Assembly: GCA_965285935.1 (NCBI GenBank)
Contig: OZ260667.1
Coordinates: forward strand, 12,152,001 to 12,216,000
Length of the DNA: 64,000 nucleotides
DNA from: Ophelia neglecta
Lineage: Eukaryota
Direction: 5' to 3'
Shown here: positions 1-13,113 of the stretch, one piece after another
Numbering within the stretch: position 1 is the first letter of the stretch
Layout: each line of letters starts with the position of its first letter
The notes under the pieces: generated by a model
Told to the model about the DNA's origin: nothing
The model's input: only the letters and a program-made list of their open reading frames with translations
Databases searched by the model: none
Made by a program: the position numbers and the translations under genes

Positions 1-233
1 TAAGTGATGAAAACTCTAAAATGCATTTTTATTTCATCGTGTAAATACACAATGGCAGGAATTTTTTTCAAATAGTCGAACTTGATTGAAAGATCGATTG
101 TCATAGATACAGTTACTTAGATTTTTCCAGATTGGGGATGAGTGATACAAGTTAGTAGCCGACTATTTTACTTGCGTTGACTGTATTGCAAATCAAAATA
201 TCCTACCTGTGTGAACGTTTTTTAGTCCCCTGA

Positions 234-537
234 GTGGCAGGTCCCCCAGCCAGACTACATATACTAACCCTAACCCGGGAGTCCCCCGGTCTGGTTGGCT
301 GGTCTCTTAGCCAGACTACATATACTAACACTAACCCGGGAGTCCCCCGGTCATGGTGGCAGGTCCCCCAGCCAGACTACATAAACTAACCCTAACCCGG
401 GAGTCCCCCGGTCTTGGTGGCAGGACCCCCAGCCAGACTACATAAACTAACCCTAACCCGGGAGTTCCCCGGTCTTGGTGACAGGTCCCCCAGCCTGACT
501 ACATATACTAACCCTAACCCGGGAGTCCCTCGGTCTT
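234..537. repeat. ~61-bp tandem repeat, 5 copies, each containing CTAACCCTAACCC
   Basis: Unit ggcaggtcccccagccagactacatatactaaccctaacccgggagtcccccggtcttggt repeated with few substitutions. Confidence 0.9.
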
Positions 538-1131
538 GAACCCTTAGTAAATAAAGCTGACCGTCTCAAATTTCTAGTATTTTTGGTATCCGGTCTGAAA
601 ATCCTTGTTTACTTCGTCCATCGTCCAGAAATACTGGTATATCTCGCCCCCGGGGTCTTAGTGCCCTACAGATTTGATTTCGGCGAACTTAACCGGGGGA
701 CCGAATCATCTTATATGCCTGTATTGTTCACATGATTGAACTGAATAATGCCATATCCTGTTTAAGGGTCTTTGAGAGAATATTGTTTGCTACATTTTCA
801 CCATGCGAACCTCGAGAATATTCCCTCCTCGGTAAGAGTTTCGAACAACAGTATTTTCATTGCTTTTGCTTTGTCTTATCATTGTTGTTCTGTGTATGAT
901 GCGGAACTCCAAATATTTTTTTTTTATCAGTACAAATATTTATTTCCATACTTTTGGAGGGGGAAAAGGGTTATGAAGTTATGTAAAAAAAGTTAACAAC
1001 ACATTTTATAAACCACACTTAATTTGTTTCCATTTTGAACATTTTGAGCAATAACCTTAAGCAAACATTTAGCATACGTATATGTCATATTCAAATATTT
1101 TTGTACCGATTATTCAGATCTTCTTCTCCAG

Positions 1132-1889
1132 CTATTCCGTGTTCGAGCAGTCCTGGTGAGGTGGATTATGCGACCTTCAGCCCGGCGTCTGGGCCCTGGG
1201 CCCTGGACTCCACGGTCACGTACACCTGCAACCCGAGACAAATACATGTCGCCGGGGACACCACTGTCACCTGTGTATTGAACAATGCTTGGTCTGGGAC
1301 GCTCCCCACATGTCAAGGTAAAGATGTCACATGACCTCACGGGCCCTAGACGCTCTGATATCGCCACCTATGTACTAAAAAACACTGTTAAACTGTGTAT
1401 TGCGAGTGGCATTTATAATATTTGAGAGAGAAAATGGTATGGTAGGGATCGAAAACAATGTATCGTACACGTTCTTTAATTCATTGTTTTTCAGTTCCAA
1501 TACTGTACAGTCACGGGACCACTCGAACTGAAGACCCCCTGCTGATCTCGGACTCGGACGATCAGTCATGCACCAAAGTCAAATTCAAGGCAATTAGTTT
1601 CATTGGAGTGCAACTGTTGATGGCCGAAAAACGTAAGAGTCTTCGACTGTCTGTAAAGATGGCATGTCCAGAGCTCGGAGTATTCGTGAACGAGCACAAT
1701 ACCTTCAGAAGTTCCAATGATGGTCAGTTGTATGCGTGCACTCTGATGGCGGGCCTAGTTATAGGTCCAGGGATCTATCGTTGTGACTTTGATTGTACCA
1801 CAGATGGGACCATGGGAGCTTTTACGGATGTCTTGATACGTGGTCAACCAAAACAAACTCTGGATATATGCGACTTAATGTTTACTTAA
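1132..1889 (+). CDS. 3' end of a multi-exon extracellular-type protein: Sushi/CCP exon (1132-1317) plus terminal exon (1495-1889) with a divergent F-type-lectin/discoidin-like domain; 5' exons not found in window
   Basis: cttctccag|CT...TGTCAAG|gtaaag is a phase 1-1 exon encoding IPC..PG...STVTYTC...GDTTVTC...AWSGTLPTCQ (4 Cys + Trp, Sushi consensus). Acceptor tgtttttcag at 1494 continues in phase 1 (VPILYSH...LDICDLMFT*) to TAA at 1889. Confidence 0.8.
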
Positions 1890-3321
1890 GTACGCGAAGC
1901 TTATTTTCAACGTTTAGTGATTTTCACTACGAGAATTGATTTCGGGTAATATAGCCCAACAGGCTCTATCCCAACACTTTAATTCGAACAATCATATATT
2001 ATGATGCACTGTAGCTAGACATGCCATCGATAGGATACATACGCTAATAGGTTTTCGGATTGCCAGGAATCATCCTGCTAAAATTCGCAGCTTTGCACGA
2101 GCTATATCCAGTCTCTGACATGTCCTGCCAACAAAAGTGCACCAAGACATTCATTGTTAGCGTCGCAGCACGAAGCTTGAATACTGTGTTTGGAAGCGGT
2201 GCGCCCATATGCGATTGGTTTCCTCTTTTATAAAGAAAAAGATACTAATTCTTTTATGTAAACACGATATGACGATGGCATTTAATAACTCGTCATTTGC
2301 ATGCGTACAGAGAATTGCGCATAACATGGCCAATCACATGTTAGACAAATAGAGGACAAGGCAATACAAACTGGGTTGGTAAGTTTTCACATAAATGCAA
2401 GGTTTCATCCCGTACGTTTCGCAGACACGGAACCATATATGTCTTGAGGCAAAATGTGGTGATATTTGAGGCGATATTCTTAGATTGTTGAAATTTTGAG
2501 TATAGACTATCCTGTAAATATATATACTTTTTAAGCATCCGACCTAATGGTTTACTATTTGAGTAAACCCTCCTGCAAATGTATACCTTCAGAGTCACCA
2601 TACATACGTTACGCTGTGGAGGGGACAATTGTGCGAATGTTCACCATTTTGGTAGACAGTACTGTAAATGTTAACAATTGGGGTAGAACATCATATATTA
2701 ATGTGTTTCCATCAGTTTTTAAACTTTTTTCTTCAAGAGCAATTTTTTTTCTTTGAAGTAATCGATCCTGTAATGTTTTTACTTGGAGTAGACCATTTTG
2801 TTAATGCTTACGAACTGAGAAGATCATTTGTTAATGTTTTTTCTTGTTCTTAAATAGAAATAAAATGCCCTGTTTATTCTGATTTCATTTGTAAAATTAC
2901 TTCAGAGTTTCTAATTTGCTGGCGACAAATAAAACGGACGCAAGCTGTCAGAGGTCATTGCAAATCGATTGATTTTTCAAAGACAAATCACACCAAAACA
3001 ACCATTTCACTGTAAAGATGTTCAAAGGGAAGCATGTCCTTAATTAGTACAAATGTGCCACTAATGTTATTCATTAGATACAAATATCATATGAAATAGA
3101 AAACATATTATCTGGTCATGAATGATTAAATGAGTTTCAAATATTGTCACGTATGTAACAAGTCTTAAAAGGAATCTCCCTATTTTTTATTTTCAATTGC
3201 TCCATGAAAAGAAATGTAAAGTGCTGTCCGATGATCAATATCCCACTAAAACTTTCTATAGATTATTATCTAAACTTACATGTAATTCAATATTGTGGGT
3301 GTTGGAATAGATAGACGAGGG

Positions 3322-3384
3322 GTGGATAGGTTAGAGCGACATATATGGCATATAGGTGGATAGGTTAGAGCGACATATATGGCA
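3322..3384. repeat. short tandem duplication, 2 copies
   Basis: ggtggataggttagagcgacatatatggca occurs twice in tandem. Confidence 0.8.
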
Positions 3385-4014
3385 AGTTTAGGTATATAGG
3401 TATCGTCCGCGGTAATTTTGCACGATTATTTACTTTTCGAATGGGTTATCTTTTCATATTTATGCTATCAAATGGGTCTGTTTTTCACCATTATGTTAGC
3501 AAATGGGTCATTACACTTCTATGCCTATCAAAAGATTCTAATTTTCCCCTTGATAGATAAAATAGCCCATACTGAGAGACTGTGGACCTAGCTACTTGTA
3601 AATGTAAGGCTGTGGTTCACATGGAATTTTCTGAGAATTTTTTTCTTCAAAAGGCTCAACGTTTGGAAAAAAAATTATCGAAAGTGTACCTTTTCGAGGA
3701 GTTTTAATCATAAAAATAAAAAATTTGAATAGTATATAAAAGTTTATGAGGAACAAAACCGTTTTTCATTACTCTCGTAAAAATACTCTTAGTGAACAAA
3801 CTAATATTAAAAATCCATGTCTGTAGGAGTCTGGCTTTTCAAAGTGACCGCTTTTGCCCTGCTGCCAATGATCCAGAAAATATGGAAAAAACATATATAC
3901 CAGTAAATGTCTTCATGTGTATTATAACATGCCTGATTTGTTTATCAGGCAACTTTTGCAAGCAATTCCCTCTAAGCCTTTGGGGAACATTTTCCGAGTT
4001 TTATTTGTTGCCAG

Positions 4015-4230
4015 CCGTCTGCTACCAGTGTGAAAGCTGTTATAAGCCATGTAAGACAGGTTTGCTGGGAACATGGGCGGTATCTATACTGTCCAGTGGG
4101 AAGTATGGCACTCACACATACCGGCGAACATGTGGTCAGCTCATAACAGCGCACATGTGGTCCGCCTCTGGGGCCTCTGGCTGTCGGACAACATTCGAAT
4201 CAACAAGTCTGTTCCTGCTTCTGTGCGTTC
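4015..4230 (+). pseudogene. possible highly degraded EnSpm/CACTA transposase C-terminal fragment
   Basis: Stitching frames gives KYG...AHVVRLWG-LW...TFES..LFLL, resembling the H..V..WGPLW..S.F.FES motif of CMC transposases; frameshifts are required. Confidence 0.3.
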
Positions 4231-4491
4231 GGGCTCCGCAAAGAGGGGCCGGTATGTGGTTACCTGATTTCTGCTAATAACGCTTGAACTTTTTATGACT
4301 GGGCCATACGGAGCACTAAACTCGAGCTGTAGGTACAATCGCAATTTCTATTCACCGAGTCCAACAAGTGAGCAACAAACAAGTTTCTGTGTTTTTCCTT
4401 TTAAAAAAGATGAAAGCGGTACGAAAATATTAGATTTAATAAGTTTTGCCTTAAAACTTGTCCGCCAAAACTTTAACTCTAGTTTTACCGT

Positions 4492-4953
4492 CATGACTTG
4501 TCCACGGGATTTACGCACATGACTTGTCCACGGGATTTACGGATATGACCCGTGCACGGGACTCACAGACATGACTTGTCCACTCAATTTACGGACATGG
4601 CTTGTCCACGGGATTTACGCACATGACTTGTCCACGGGATTTAAGGATATGACCAGTCCACGGGATTTACGGACATTACTTGTCCACGGGATTTACGCAC
4701 ATGACTTGTCCACGGGATTTAAGGATATGACCAGTCCACGGGATTTACGGACATTACTTGTCCACTCGATTTAAGGATATGACCAGTCCACGGGATTTAC
4801 GGACATTACTTGTCCACTCGATTTACGAACATGACTTGTCCACGGGATTAGGAACATGGCATGTCCTCTGGATTTACGGACATGCTCTATCTATGGGATT
4901 TACGGACATGCGTCTGTCCACGGGATTTACGAACATGGCATTTCTACGGGATT
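4492..4953. repeat. 26-bp minisatellite, ~18 copies
   Basis: Unit catgacttgtccacgggatttacgga, degenerating at the right end. Confidence 0.92.
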
Positions 4954-4982
4954 GACAAAAAAACCATGTATGCATTTAAATA

Positions 4983-5157
4983 CAGTAAAACCTGGCCTAA
5001 AGGACACTTGACAAATTAGGGACACACTGACTATAAAGGACATTGTTTTTAGTACAGTTGTAATATTTTACATGTAAAGTAACCTGTGAATTAAGGATAA
5101 CTGAGAGAAGAGGACTTTCCCAGTCCCTTAGCTGTCCCTAATTGTCAGGTTTCACTT
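4983..5157. mobile_element. Tc1/mariner (pogo/Tigger-like) MITE
   Basis: TA-cagtaaaacctg ... caggtttcactt-TA termini; internal inverted gacaaattagggaca / tgtccctaattgtc. Confidence 0.65.
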
Positions 5158-5163
5158 TATATA

Positions 5164-5465
5164 TATAATAAACAGGAGCATATTGACAAGAAGGTGAACG
5201 ACTCCTATAATAAACAGGATCTTATACACACGAAGGAGAACGCCTTTAATAAACAGGATTTCGTCGCAGGTGTAAACAGCAGTGTGCAGAATATATTCTG
5301 CACACTGCTGTTTACACCTGCGACGAAATCCTGTTTATTAAAGGCGTTCTCCTTCGTGTGTATAAGATCCTGTTTATTAAAAGAGTCGTTCTCCTTCGTG
5401 TTTATAAGATCCTGTTTATTATAGGAGTCGTTCACCTTCTTGTCAATATGCTCCTGTTTATTATA
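5164..5465. repeat. near-perfect spacer-less palindrome (foldback) built from 39-bp subrepeats
   Basis: Centre agaata|tattct at 5293/5294; the arms are reverse complements except for one extra 39-bp unit in the right arm. Confidence 0.92.
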
Positions 5466-7823
5466 GGAGTCAATATATATGTTCGCTTGTAGACAAGATT
5501 CCCGCTTCGTGTAATTTGTTTATTTTGGAACGTGCTTTGCGAGCTCACTTGAAATAATTGGTGGCAGATTTCAAGGTGTTTCTAGGCTCAGTATTTTTTT
5601 TTGCTCTAGGTTTGACGTCAGTACATCAAGCTCAATAACTCGGATGGATTACGTCATTTGGGATATCGGAGTCAAAACTGAAAGGGGGTATCGTCTCCCA
5701 AACTGGTATCTATCTCCGAAATTGGGTTTTTCTTAAAATTAGTACAAAGCTTATTATTCATTTAAGATGCATTCAAAGTTTGGTTATCATTGAAACAGTT
5801 CAAGTAGGAATGGAGCTCATAGCGTGGCTTGCCTACTTCTTCTTGAGATTGACTAGCATGTTAGGCAGTACAAACAAAATAGTTTTTAAACCGTGTTTAA
5901 AACCTCCGAAAGATCAGCATACCTAGACAAGCTTAATTAGTTAGCGCAGAAGCAGGTCGTGGATGTTCTGTCGGCTGCTTGAGCCCCGGTTGAATGGATA
6001 AAGATTAACTAGCGTGAAGCCGCTGAACTCAGTTTCTGCCAAAGACAAACCCTCATTTATTTTCTTGAAAGTAAGCGCCAGCTCGACTTTATTAATTTGA
6101 AATAAAGCCAGTTAGTAAGATGGCTTGGCCGGGTAAGTTTACCATTAGAGCAGCGATCTTCAACGTAGATCTAAGGCGCATGGCCTTCTGGGAAATGGAT
6201 GGCAGCCCTATAAGATATAGCCTCGACTGGAGTCGGAGGGGGAGCGGGTGGTGTGAAACAAAATGATTCGACGCCGATTCCATGTCTAACGATATAATCA
6301 ACACATGAGGCAGCCGTTGTTTTTGATCAATTTATTCAACATAACATTTGTGAATACAAATTATTTCATTTATTGTTGTTTTAAAATTCACAAGCACAAT
6401 AGGTCTGCAGAAAATGGTGTGAGAGCCACTCAACAAGCCAATAACAAGACAATAAATCAGCGATCAGGCTTGTGATATGAGTGGTAAAGTACCCAGTCAC
6501 TGCTTGTTATAATCATCGCAAAGGTCAGGGGCGATATTATAGAGTGTTAAATTGGCTTAATACCATAGATCTAAAACTGTTAGCTGCGGCTGACTATACC
6601 GAGCCGACTGATAACCGCTCTAACGGCGGATTGCCTCTGTCGACCAGAAGTCGGTTTTTGACGGGAAGTGAGCCAGAAGCTTTAACGAACAGGCTGCAAA
6701 AAGTGCCAGCTTGAGCTTTTACATTGTCAGTCGGTGCTTCACTGGAGGTTATTATTTATATCAGTCGGTTGCTATATAGATAACATTGCACTTGGTTACT
6801 CACACTAATAAACTTACCAGCCGTGTTGCCTTTGAGGTATTTAGCACGTTTCACGCCGAAGAAACCAAGGCGAATTTCTTTTGAAGCTACTGAGTGAAAC
6901 TTTTCAGGTGTAAGCTCAGAAATGCAACTTTTTTTGACTCAACGATTTGTGTGGATAGCTCATGTTATAAAGGTAGGCGGCAGATAAACATAATTTGCCT
7001 TCAATTATCTATTTATCCAAACAAACTTTGGCATGGCGAGCCAACGACCCCGGCCCGCGTCGGTCAGGCCGCTCATGCAGGTCTCCCAGGACTCGGGCAC
7101 ACAGCCAGGGGACAATTTTTACTATGATATAGCACGGTAGATAAAAACGACTCGATAAAAAATGCCAGGATACAGGATTTTTCTGATTGAGTTATGCGTA
7201 ATGTATACACGTGGGTAGTGAAGGGCCGCCGTTATTATGTGCTGCAGCTCTAGCCCCAATTGAATTTTTTGAGTCTGCCGTGTGTGAGGCATCAATCACA
7301 GTCACAAATAACTCTGAGCAGGTACACGTGTTCAATAGAGAATAAACCCAAGGCTCAACTGTGTGTTTACCGAGCACATCTTACTCAAGGTAAACACTCC
7401 GCTTTCATCACAACCACAAGCCAGATAGGAGTTCTACCTGCTGAAATATCGCTGTTAACACTGGATAACATATATCCTATTTATCAAATTATCCGAAAAG
7501 AAAGCAAAGGGTTTGACGAAAGACAGGTTTGTGACTCACATTTTCGTAATAATTTCGCTGAAAGAATAAGCACAAGAAACTAAATACTCGTTCATAAACT
7601 CCAATAAAATACGACACAGTCCCTATACGAATGGAGGAACATTAATTCATCACATTTATAAAATGAAAGTATAGTTTACTCGTTACATGAATATAAAAGA
7701 CAACAAACGTAACTGTTGCTGGTAGATATAATGTGGTGAAACCAGCAACCGATTACAGTCCGAAGTGCTTAAAGATATAAACAGCCGAATCAGCAAATCA
7801 CATGCCCACTCGACAGCTCATAG

Positions 7824-7882
7824 ATATATACATATATATACGTATATACGTATATACGTATATACGTATATACGTATATACG
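7824..7882. repeat. (TATATACG)n microsatellite
   Basis: Direct reading. Confidence 0.95.
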
Positions 7883-9158
7883 TATATACGTATATACATA
7901 TATTCTGAGTCAAGTGGGTTAGACATCTGAGAAGCTACAGTCCTGCTCAGGTGATAACCAAATACCTAATCAAATCGCTCCAAATTTAACTCTGATAAAA
8001 GTGTCTATGTATTTAGAACCAATGGTGGTTTCTTGTATATATGGACAAAAAAAATATTGGAGCTGGAGATTCTTGAGCGGTTCGTTAATAGAGGACATTC
8101 TTTGCATATATATGTATAAAATATGGTGGAAAAGCCGAGTCACATTTTCACCTTTATGCTTGGGCCACAACGAGTGATATTTTCACAGCTTCTCCGCAGC
8201 ACCTAGTCAGTCACACATCGCTGTTCATCTCTGACATCAGCAGATTCGGAAATCACGGAGGTTCATTTCTTAACAGTCTAATCGTGTAAGAAAGAGGACG
8301 CTTTCAGGATCCGAGTCTCAGGCGTGGAGCGCAACCGACGTATCTTAGGTGGAAGATACTTTTGGGGGAAGTGGGAAACCAGCTGTGAGCAGTATAACAT
8401 TTGTATTGGGGACTGAGAAACCATATTATTGAGTAGTATGATATCATACTTCAGGGGGAAACGGAAACCATCATAGGGGAACCCGACCCAAAACGATCTC
8501 GATCTAGGAAAATTCTCTCAAATTGGTACCAATTACTTTACTATCCCCTCTAGCCCTATCCCTCACGTTAAAAAACCGTTAAACATCCCCTTTATTGGAT
8601 GACTGAGATTATTTTGCGTCGAATTCACTGCGGAAGACAACGGCCATTTTTAGTCACGTGATACGAAACAAATCTTTGTGGCTTGCTAGCGGGCAACGCC
8701 AGATCGTCTGGTTTCCCAGTCCCCTAAGAACGGGTTTCCATCTTTGGTTGCTTTCATTTTTCGTGTGACATTTAGTTCAAGTCTATCCGGTGTATCCCAA
8801 GAACTTTAAGTGTGTGAGTCACGTGTGCGGAGGAGTGTTTTAAATATATTTAGGATGGTATATTTTTCCTAGCGTGGGTGTATCTGTGCTAAGGTCGGGT
8901 CAAACATAAAGGAAAGCAAATTAAAGACATCCAAAATCCTTACGGTTGTTGGTATAGCCTTGTGTCATATTGATGACTCTCTTGATACGATATACTATTA
9001 AGAAACATCACCGGGCCTCGAGGAAAAATCGGACCTGTGTTCTAATCTATGTTTGAGCAGGTCCACTTCTCAATTGGGCGAGCGTGTTTATGCACTTTAC
9101 TCGGTAAGATTCTCGTGCATGAGCAACTCTCGCCGCAATCTAGCGAGACGCAGTACGG

Positions 9159-9973
9159 TTATTTATGTTTATAGACAGTGCAGTGCACTGGGGGTCCCTC
9201 CTGCTGCTTCTCCTTCCACTCTTTCTCCATTGTGAACAGCATATAATTCATTTTGTGCTGATAATCCACTTGTAGCGTGTTCAAATCTTCGCTTGATTCG
9301 ACTTGCATTTTGTTCAGAGCCTCCTGCGCCCGCACACCAAACTCTATAGCTTGCTCGTGGCTTACTTCCTGTAATATAATATCATTGGTAAATGGTTTTT
9401 TTTTCTAGTTTTTGAATTGAACTACGCGATTTAGGAAATGGTCATTTAGAAAATAGATAATGACATAGAAATGCAGGTGATATTAACAAGGAGTCATAAA
9501 ATTCCATTACTATTTTGTCTTTTTAAAGTTAAATTGAACATAGAAAGCTGTCTGTGACCTGGAGTTGGGCGGCCTTGGTGTCATACTGTGCCTTCTTAGC
9601 CAGAAGGGCTTGGACCAGCTGGCTGTGTTTGTTGGCCAGGAGCTGGTCATAAACCGTCTTGGTTTGAGTGACCAGTGGACCGTAGTCCCTATCCGCGGGG
9701 ACCGTGACCGTCACGGTCGGAATGGCCTCTAAACACATACTGATAGGGCGCTGTAGTTTTGGCGGCATCGCGGCTGTCAGGAGAGGTACAGACCGGGTAA
9801 AGACCGACTTGGATGCACCGAAAGGCGAGTTTGGTGATATTCCCGCGTCTTCCGGGTTGTCTGCTATGTAGTGGACAGGAGCCCGTGTTTGGTTTTTAGC
9901 GATGTCTTCAGCTCTGACTGCTCGAGTAGTCGTCTGGGTCTCGGAGATAAACCTGTTTGACCCTTGGTCAGAT
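9159..9973 (-). CDS. two 3' exons of an uncharacterised protein with a predicted C-terminal coiled coil (exons 9973-9559 and 9368-9159)
   Basis: Acceptor ttctttacag at 9974; open frame to ...KAAQLQ|gtcaca (phase 0); acceptor ttatattacag joins in phase 0 to EVSHEQAIEF...MEKEWKEKQQEGPPVHCTVYKHK* (TAA 9161-9159). Composition is GC-richer and coding-like; no family recognised. Confidence 0.55.
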
Positions 9974-11551
9974 CTGTAAAGAAAAGCCGGGGTAGTCAGA
10001 ATTGTACAGGACATAGAAACATGTCAGCTCTGCGCAAGTGTCATAAGTGCGCGGCCATTTTGAAGGCTAGGAACGATAATAAATCTTATTTATTAATAAA
10101 AAAACACCAATCACGTTCACATGACAATTTCCTTATCTATTTAAGCTAAATAACTTGAATGCTGACATTCGATAAGCGTATTTTTGCGCATTCCATAAAA
10201 ACGTTTACTCTCGTGCCTGAACGAGAAATAACTTCCTCAATCTGAACATGCAAAGGGCGTGTAAAAATGGCATTTCCAACAAAACAAGGGAGTGCGGCAC
10301 TCCATGCTGTCAGATCACGGCAAGTAAAACTTTAATCCATCGAACACCTTGCAGATAATGCCGAACTCCCTAGATTTGCCTATCAAGACAGTTTTGCAGA
10401 GATGACCGTTAAAATAGTTGAACAATGGCCTTACTTCCATCACTTTTGTACATGTATTAGGGCTAAAATGGTCCCAAATGACTTGATTTAGAGAATTTAT
10501 TTAATTTTTTCACTGCGCAAATAGCGACAGTTTTGTTAATCCCCAATCTTTTGTTTTGTCTACTGCGCATAATTTAAATTCTTTAACTTCCGGATCACAC
10601 TTCGTCTGATTAAGGTCGAACTTTGACTTGGCGACCGCAAGATGGCCGCTGGAATCGATCCTCCTTGATGTTTTTATGTGAACCGCTTCCCCGAAATGAT
10701 AAAATCGAGGCCTTCTTACAAGTTCATAACCGTGAGGCAGTGTCTATTGTATATCATGTTTGGGGCGGGGGGGGGGACGTGTATGTTACTCCCTAGGCAG
10801 ATTATTTTAATGAAATCTCAAGGCAATTTGTTTAGGGATTTCAAAGTCAAATTTATTTTCTAAGAATTAATTCTAAGTCACTTATTATAATCAATATGGT
10901 GTTGTTCGTACAGGTTTTTCATTAATTTGTGATTCAAGTCCAAGCTGATGATCAGATCTGGGATAGAGTTTTTGCCGCCGCCGCGCCGTTCTAGGCAAGG
11001 TGAGAGGCATCTTGGTTTCGGGCTGTCCGTTTGTCTTTCGACAGTTGTAGCAGGTACTGTGAGAATTCTCGTAAAATTTACAGTCCTTGCATATTAATAT
11101 CCGCGCTATATGCAGGTCTATCCAACCTTCGGTCCTTTCTATCTATGGCCCTGGACATGCAAGACCCGGTTACGGCTTTTACGCACAACTGTGTAGTAGT
11201 GAATAGTTAGTTATAGGGATATTGGACACGGATACATAAACAAGATGGCCGCAACACAAAAAACAATCCTGATAACCTTTGAGCAGGTAAGTGAATTTGG
11301 TGCACAGAAACAACAGACGAGAAATCACCTGATAAGATTTTGGGCTTGATCCAAAAGATAAGGTAACCACCAAGCGCAGTTCTTTGGCAGAGCAATGTTT
11401 GGTAAAATAATGTAGATTAGTTGAAATAAAATAATAGGTACAAAGCGCAAAGCTCAAACGCGCACACATAACATGAAATAATAAACTTTGTGATTAATCT
11501 GATTACCTACAGTTGCCATGGTTATACCAACAATAAACGTGACCATTGCTG

Positions 11552-11737
11552 CACCGGTAAAATGTTTGCGTGGGTTTGAATTTGCTTTTTTTGCCAAACA
11601 TGACACTTCGAAAGTTTTTTTTTATTTTGTGCCCTATATACATGATATAACAGCCTATATCGGCGAGTCAAAATTTTGCAGCCTAGTGCTTTTTCGCGAA
11701 ATTCGCGAATTTAAAACCCCGCGAATACTTGTACCGT
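11552..11737. mobile_element. degenerate MITE with tttcgcg/cgcgaa-type TIRs
   Basis: accggtaaaatgtttgcgtgggtttgaatttgc versus the reverse complement of cgcgaatttaaaaccccgcgaatacttgtaccgt; a related half-element lies at ~26542-26602. Confidence 0.5.
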
Positions 11738-13113
11738 TATTATCATTCTACCTGAGCCTGTTTTCCTTATTGGAGCTGTTAGGGTTGGTTATAACCAGGC
11801 TACAAGGTGCCAGATATTTCGTTTCAGACGGTGGAGGTTTAACAAATGTATACAACTTCTTCGTCAGATCGACTTTCCTGATATCTAAACCTAGGTTTAG
11901 CATCTTTTTTAGCAGGTAGATTTCCCAATTGTCTTGCCAATATATCAAATCACGCATTGCAACGGTTTAAATGGTCGCGCTAGACTAAATTCACTATTAT
12001 GCAAACAAAATATGAAAATCCGCCTGTAAAGTTGTGATTATACCTATATGAAAACCCTATATGTGACTGTGAGTACAATGTTTTCGAGATTTAATGTTGC
12101 AACTGATACGTTTTAGGAGAAATTTAAACCAGGATATAAAATCCATGCAAACATTGAACCCGCAATTAAAACCCATGCAAACATTTTAAGGCATTACAGT
12201 ATTTCGCTTCAGACATCTAAGTCAATTTGTATACTATAGGTATACTATTCATGGTCAAATTGCTATCGGCTCCTATTTTGAACGTGTCATATTATCTTTA
12301 TTTGGCCACTCAACCAGGCTTTCGAGTTATACAGTAAGCAATGTGTTTAACGTAAATTACCGCTTTGTTTTTACTACGGAGGCAATCAATCGACACATTA
12401 CAGAGTCATATTTGTTCTTGTTTAATCATAATTGTAGAATTGAGTAGTTTCTACAATAAATAAATATTTAAATATATGTCTCCGTAAGACATATATATCC
12501 GTCACAGTTAGATTTGTTCAACAGTAACGAGAGTAAGATAACCCCCTCCCCCTCTCCCCTCTCCCCAGATTCACGACCTATAACTAGCTAGAAATCTGAA
12601 CTCGGAGATCCTTGGTGGGGAAACAAATGTTTCTACTCGAGCCTGTCTAAGGAACGGTGAAACAAGGTGAAATGTACGCCTGTGCCCGAGATAGCAGATA
12701 GCCTAGGTCATGACTGACACCAGTGTGAGGCATAAAAGAAATAGTATAAAGTATATAAACATGGGGGAATGTGGACCACTCTCTTTTCTATCAAACAACC
12801 GGCGTGTTGGGGGACATCGGAAGAACACTTTAATATCTATGAGCAGAGGTATCGATGTACACAGCAGCGTGTTGAATCTCCCAAAGGGTCCCATATGCGA
12901 TTTCCCTACCTAGCCCCCCCAAACCATCTCCAACTACCTATCCCCTCCAAACAATCTTCCGCAACATATCCCCTCCAAATTATCTCCCGCCGCCCATCCC
13001 TTCCAAACCATCCCACGCTGCCTTTCTCCTCCAAACTATCTCCCGCCGCTGCCCCTCCAAACTGTACCCGCCTTTCCCCTCCAAACCATCTCAAAACTCC
13101 TGCTCAATTCCCT

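Noticed and set aside
234-537. Chromosome telomere
   Set aside because: Only two CTAACC units per 61-bp repeat; not a (TTAGGG)n tract.
3792-4277. Ly6/three-finger protein (CYQC motif)
   Set aside because: Lacks the C-terminal CC..D.CN signature and the expected cysteine spacing.
5194-5435. Mirror-image 76-aa ORFs on both strands
   Set aside because: By-product of the palindrome.
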